Assembly: GCF_009914755.1 (NCBI RefSeq)
Contig: NC_060940.1
Origin: the human T2T-CHM13v2.0 reference genome, Homo sapiens
DNA length: 64,000 nt
Direction: 5' to 3' (one strand)
Shown here: piece by piece, positions 15,566 to 64,000 of the stretch
Layout of the letters: each line of letters starts with the position of its first letter
Position numbering within the stretch: position 1 is the first letter of the stretch
The notes under the pieces: model-generated
Databases searched by the model: none
Told to the model about the DNA's origin: nothing
What the model saw: the letters and a program-made list of their open reading frames with translations, nothing else
Program-made: the position numbers and the translations under genes

Positions 15566-17072
15566 ATCTAATAACATTAATGTTTACTTCTCACAGGAGG
15601 ATCAGAGGACTTCTGTCCTGAGATTGCCAGAAAAATGATGAACAGAAAATTATACACAACCGAACAGGCCCAACTTTCAAATGGACTGAGAATGACCCAC
15701 ACAAGTTCCACCGAGGCCAAGGGTGACCTGCAGCCAGCGACAGGGAAAGACTGCCACTTACTGGCGGCCTCCGGAACTGGAAGGAGTGTACTGACAATTG
15801 TATCTTTCGCAAGCTCTTAACCTTTATACCGTCAATAAAAACCCCATTAACATTTAAAAGGGATGTTTCTGGGTGTCCACTTGGAATAAGAGTTGGAAAA
15901 CACTCCAAGAAATGGATCCTGTATTAATATCACATCTGTCCCAGATCTCCAACACTGTTCACTTTCCTTCCACGGTGCCAACACCAAGCTAGCTGATAGG
16001 TGGGAACAGGGCAGCTCTGCGGTTGGCCCCCAAGAGCCAGGGAGTCCCCCAAGCTGACCCCCTGGGGTGGCAGTGGCACCTAACAAGAACTTCCACCTTG
16101 TTTTCCCTCTCTCTGTTTTGTCCTTTTGGACTCTGCTCACGCATCACATCCAGAAAGTTCCCTAAGCTCTCCAGTGGGATGAGAACTCTGCTCTGTGCTC
16201 CTGTGGTCCTCCATGTTCCTCCACCTGGAGGCCCTCGGCTCCCTGCATTACCCCTGTCTACTTACTGACTTGCCTTCTACCCAGTGATGGGCCATGTGCT
16301 GTGAGGGCACACACTGTGTGCCCATCTATTCATTCCTCTGTGCGTGCGTTCATTCATTCCTTACTGAATGCCCACCAAGTGCCAAGCATTGGGGTACGAA
16401 GAACAAGGCAGACGGGGCCTCCCTGGCCTCTTCCAGCTCGCTGTAGAGTGTTGTCTACCCTACTCATCCTCACATACCCATGCCTGTCCTATGTGGCACT
16501 CAATAAATGTCGGATGGATGGATGTGTCCCCTCCTTCAATATCACTTAATTCACTTGATGACTTCCTGTGAGGATTAAGTTTAGCTGTTAAAATGCTGTG
16601 ACTTCCTCTGGATCTCTGATGCAAGCCGGCAACCTTTAAGCCTCACCCGGCCGACGTAGGCATTTTGTTTGGCCAAAGTGTGTGGTTTTCTTAAAAAAAC
16701 ACTGCATTTGTGGCTAACATTTAAAATTGGGAAAATTTCACGTAAATCTTTGTTTTTCTGGCTTCTCTAGAAAAATGAACGCACATTTCTGCACAGCAGG
16801 GGTGAGCCAGAGCTGAGTCCCTAAGCTTCCCTTAGACGTGGTGGGCACACTTCAACTTGCCACAACCTCCACTATCTCCGATTTCTCTATCACTGACGCC
16901 AAAAGCTGCTGGGGACCATGTTGGCTGAGCTCGTGTTTTTCCTGCCCCAGCCAGCTTCACTCAGGACTCTGACTTGCTCTACATTTGGCTCAACTGAAGA
17001 CTCCCGGGGGTTACGTGCATGTCATCCAAGAAATACATCTATGATGAGCTACAACACAAATGAATGGGCCAT

Positions 17073-17078
17073 TTTATT
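17073..17078 (-). terminator. NOMO polyadenylation signal AATAAA
   Basis: TTTATT on plus strand, ~480 nt after the canonical stop; cleavage expected near 17050. Confidence 0.8.
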
Positions 17079-17090
17079 GATTTTTACCTC

Positions 17091-17229
17091 CTAATAGTGG
17101 ATACAGGTTGCCGTGGTTTCCAGCAGGATCTCAGATGCAAAGGGAAGTGAAGAAAACAGATGAATCCCTAGGGTACCCCGCCATGGAACCAAACACCACA
17201 TCAACTGGAACTCTTCTTGCAAACGAAGG
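17091..17229 (-). CDS. NOMO2: Alternative terminal exon adding 45 aa (LRLQEEFQLMWCLVPWRGTLGIHLFSSLPFASEILLETTATCIHY*)
   Basis: Donor AC|GTGAGG at 17561/17560, acceptor TCTTCAG|C at 17230/17229; in frame (AC+C=Thr); TAG at 17091-17093. 1222+45=1267 aa, the length recalled for the long NOMO2 isoform. Confidence 0.8.
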
Positions 17230-17556
17230 CTGAAGATCAAGAATGACATTCTCACACCACAGCACAGCTTAAATACTTCTTTGACAAAAATAATAATAAA
17301 TTATATTTGACTCAGAAAATAAATTCTGTTCAGCAGAGTGACAGGAGGGTCCATTCATTGCATTGCACGAGGGGCTCTACGGAGGGGTGAGGATGGGTGC
17401 AGGATGCCACAGTGACAAGGGACATGGGGTGCGGGCCCAGCAGCACAGGCTGAAGTTAGCTGACGCATGCTTTTGGCTTTTATCCCACGGGCGGGTAGTG
17501 GCCGGACCCCTGGCTGTGGCCTGTCCCAAGTGAGACTGCAACTGTCCCCTTCCTCC

Positions 17557-60950
<43,394 letters not shown>

Positions 60951-61078
60951 CTGTAACAGAAAAAGATTTTAACCTGTAAAAAAATAAACACTTGCAAAGT
61001 GCCTAACAACATGAGGACACGCTGAAGCTAAAATATTAACTGGGAAACGTAAGCTATAAAATTGCTTATTCAGTATGA

Positions 61079-61387
<309 letters not shown>

Positions 61388-61578
61388 TAATGCCCAAAAT
61401 GAAGTGAAAGGAAATGTGGCAAAATGTAAACAATAATGATTTTGTCTATATGGTGCTATTTTACTTGTATACTTTTCCAGCTTCCAAAATTTGTTTCCAC
61501 TGCTTTATATTCCTCTATATGTTCCAATTTTTTTAATGAGCATATTTTGCCTTTTTTTCTATTTTTAATGATATACAG

Positions 61579-61944
61579 TGTTAACTGAAGATTAGCCTAA
61601 AGCTGCCTCCTTACATATTTTAAGTTTGGCCTAAAGGTTTCTCTGTACGTGTTGCCAAGTCTCACCCAATTCAAGCAGCCACCCTTCAACTACTCACAGG
61701 CAGCCAACTGTTCAAACCATGTGCAAATAAGACAAACGTCCAGCTGTAACCAATCCAACTGTTTCTGTACCTCACTTCCACTTTCTGTCCGTCACTTTCT
61801 TTTTCTGTCCATAAACCCTTTCCAATCACGCAACAGTGCCACAGTCACTGTAAACCTATTCTGGCTCAGGGGGCTGCCCAATTGACAAATTGTTCTATGC
61901 TCAATTAAACTCTGTTTAATTTGCCTTAAGTTGTTCTTTTCACA
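61579..61944 (+). mobile_element. Solo ERV1 LTR, MER57B-like
   Basis: TTAGCCTAAAGCTGCCTCCTTACATATTTTAAGTT start; GCTCAATTAAACTC...CA end; shares motifs with 3679-4107. Confidence 0.72.
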
Positions 61945-62258
61945 ATATGTGTATATTTTTAAACATTTTTGTTAAGGTACAATAAACACAGAGAAAAGTG
62001 TACAGATTCTAAGCACGCAGCACAGGGCTTGTCACAAATTGGGCACTGGTTACCCAACAGAAGAGCACCAGCAAGCCAGAAGTGCCCTCACACTTGCTTC
62101 CGGTCACTAACACCCCAGGAGGATAAACATTATCCTGACTTCTAACAACATGCTTTACTTGAAAATCCCAATCTCATATTAATAAACTCAGATTCTTCTA
62201 TGCAGACAATTAACATACAATGTAAACCTTAAAATCTCTTCTATTTATAAATGTGTAA

Positions 62259-62577
<319 letters not shown>

Positions 62578-63038
62578 TTGAATAAAATATTTTTAAATGT
62601 TGCTGCAGAAGAGAAAAACCCCCAAAACCAAAAGTCATAAACAGTAAGAAGAGACATCTAGGTGTGAAACTATCATCAATTATAAGTGCGTAAAACCTAC
62701 AGAGTAAAAATAATAATAAAACAGATAGAGTAGAAGCTGAAATACTGATTCCAATGCTTCTTTAGCAAAAATGAGATACAGCTTCAATACTAACACAGAA
62801 GCTAACATGTCAAGATGTCCCTTAAGTCTTATTTCAATTTGGTCTTTCACGGCTATTACAGAACCTCACCTACTAGGTGGAGTTCCTTTTTTGATCTTTG
62901 ACTATAAACTATTTCAGTCAAACAAAAAAAGATATGCTAAAGAACACTTACATACCTTCTAACCAGCTAAAGAAATTTAAAAAAATACAATTCAAGATGC
63001 TGGCGTACCCCGAAGTCCCCCTCCTCCCTCTTTCTCTA

Positions 63039-63800
<762 letters not shown>

Positions 63801-64000
63801 ATAAATGATTATCACAAGTATTTAAAATCATATTTCCTTCAACTCTGTTTTTAAATGTAGTTACATTGATATATGTAGCTCTGGTTCATTCATTACTGCT
63901 GACATACAGCAGCCTATTGTATGATGGAACCCCAATCCATTCTTCTCTTAAAAGGCATTTAGGTTGTTTACAATATTTTGCTATTACAAACAAAGCTGCA

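Overview
Human (primate) genomic DNA from the chromosome 16p segmental-duplication system. All recognisable genes lie on the minus strand. From right to left: (1) exons 7-31 of an intact NOMO gene (25 GT-AG exons, 3087 coding nt including the stop). It is most likely NOMO2, because the ACG-TGA stop overlaps a splice donor and an extra terminal exon adds 45 aa (LRLQEEF...TCIHY). (2) A ~15 kb repeat-rich spacer with the MIR3179 and MIR3670 hairpins. (3) A CpG-island promoter containing MIR3180, then exon 1 and part of intron 1 of a PKD1 pseudogene, frameshifted by a 7-bp tandem duplication. The rest is Alu, L1, L2, MIR, LTR and hAT repeats plus several local tandem duplications. Gene, miRNA and repeat identities rest on remembered reference sequences, not on searches. 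I found no convincing novel biological system. The most interesting observations are the stop codon that doubles as a splice donor, the co-oriented NOMO-miRNA-PKD1P array, an E-box-rich L2-derived minisatellite, a MADE1 (miR-548-like) hairpin, three Alus sharing one target site, and a tiny twin-primed L1 insertion.
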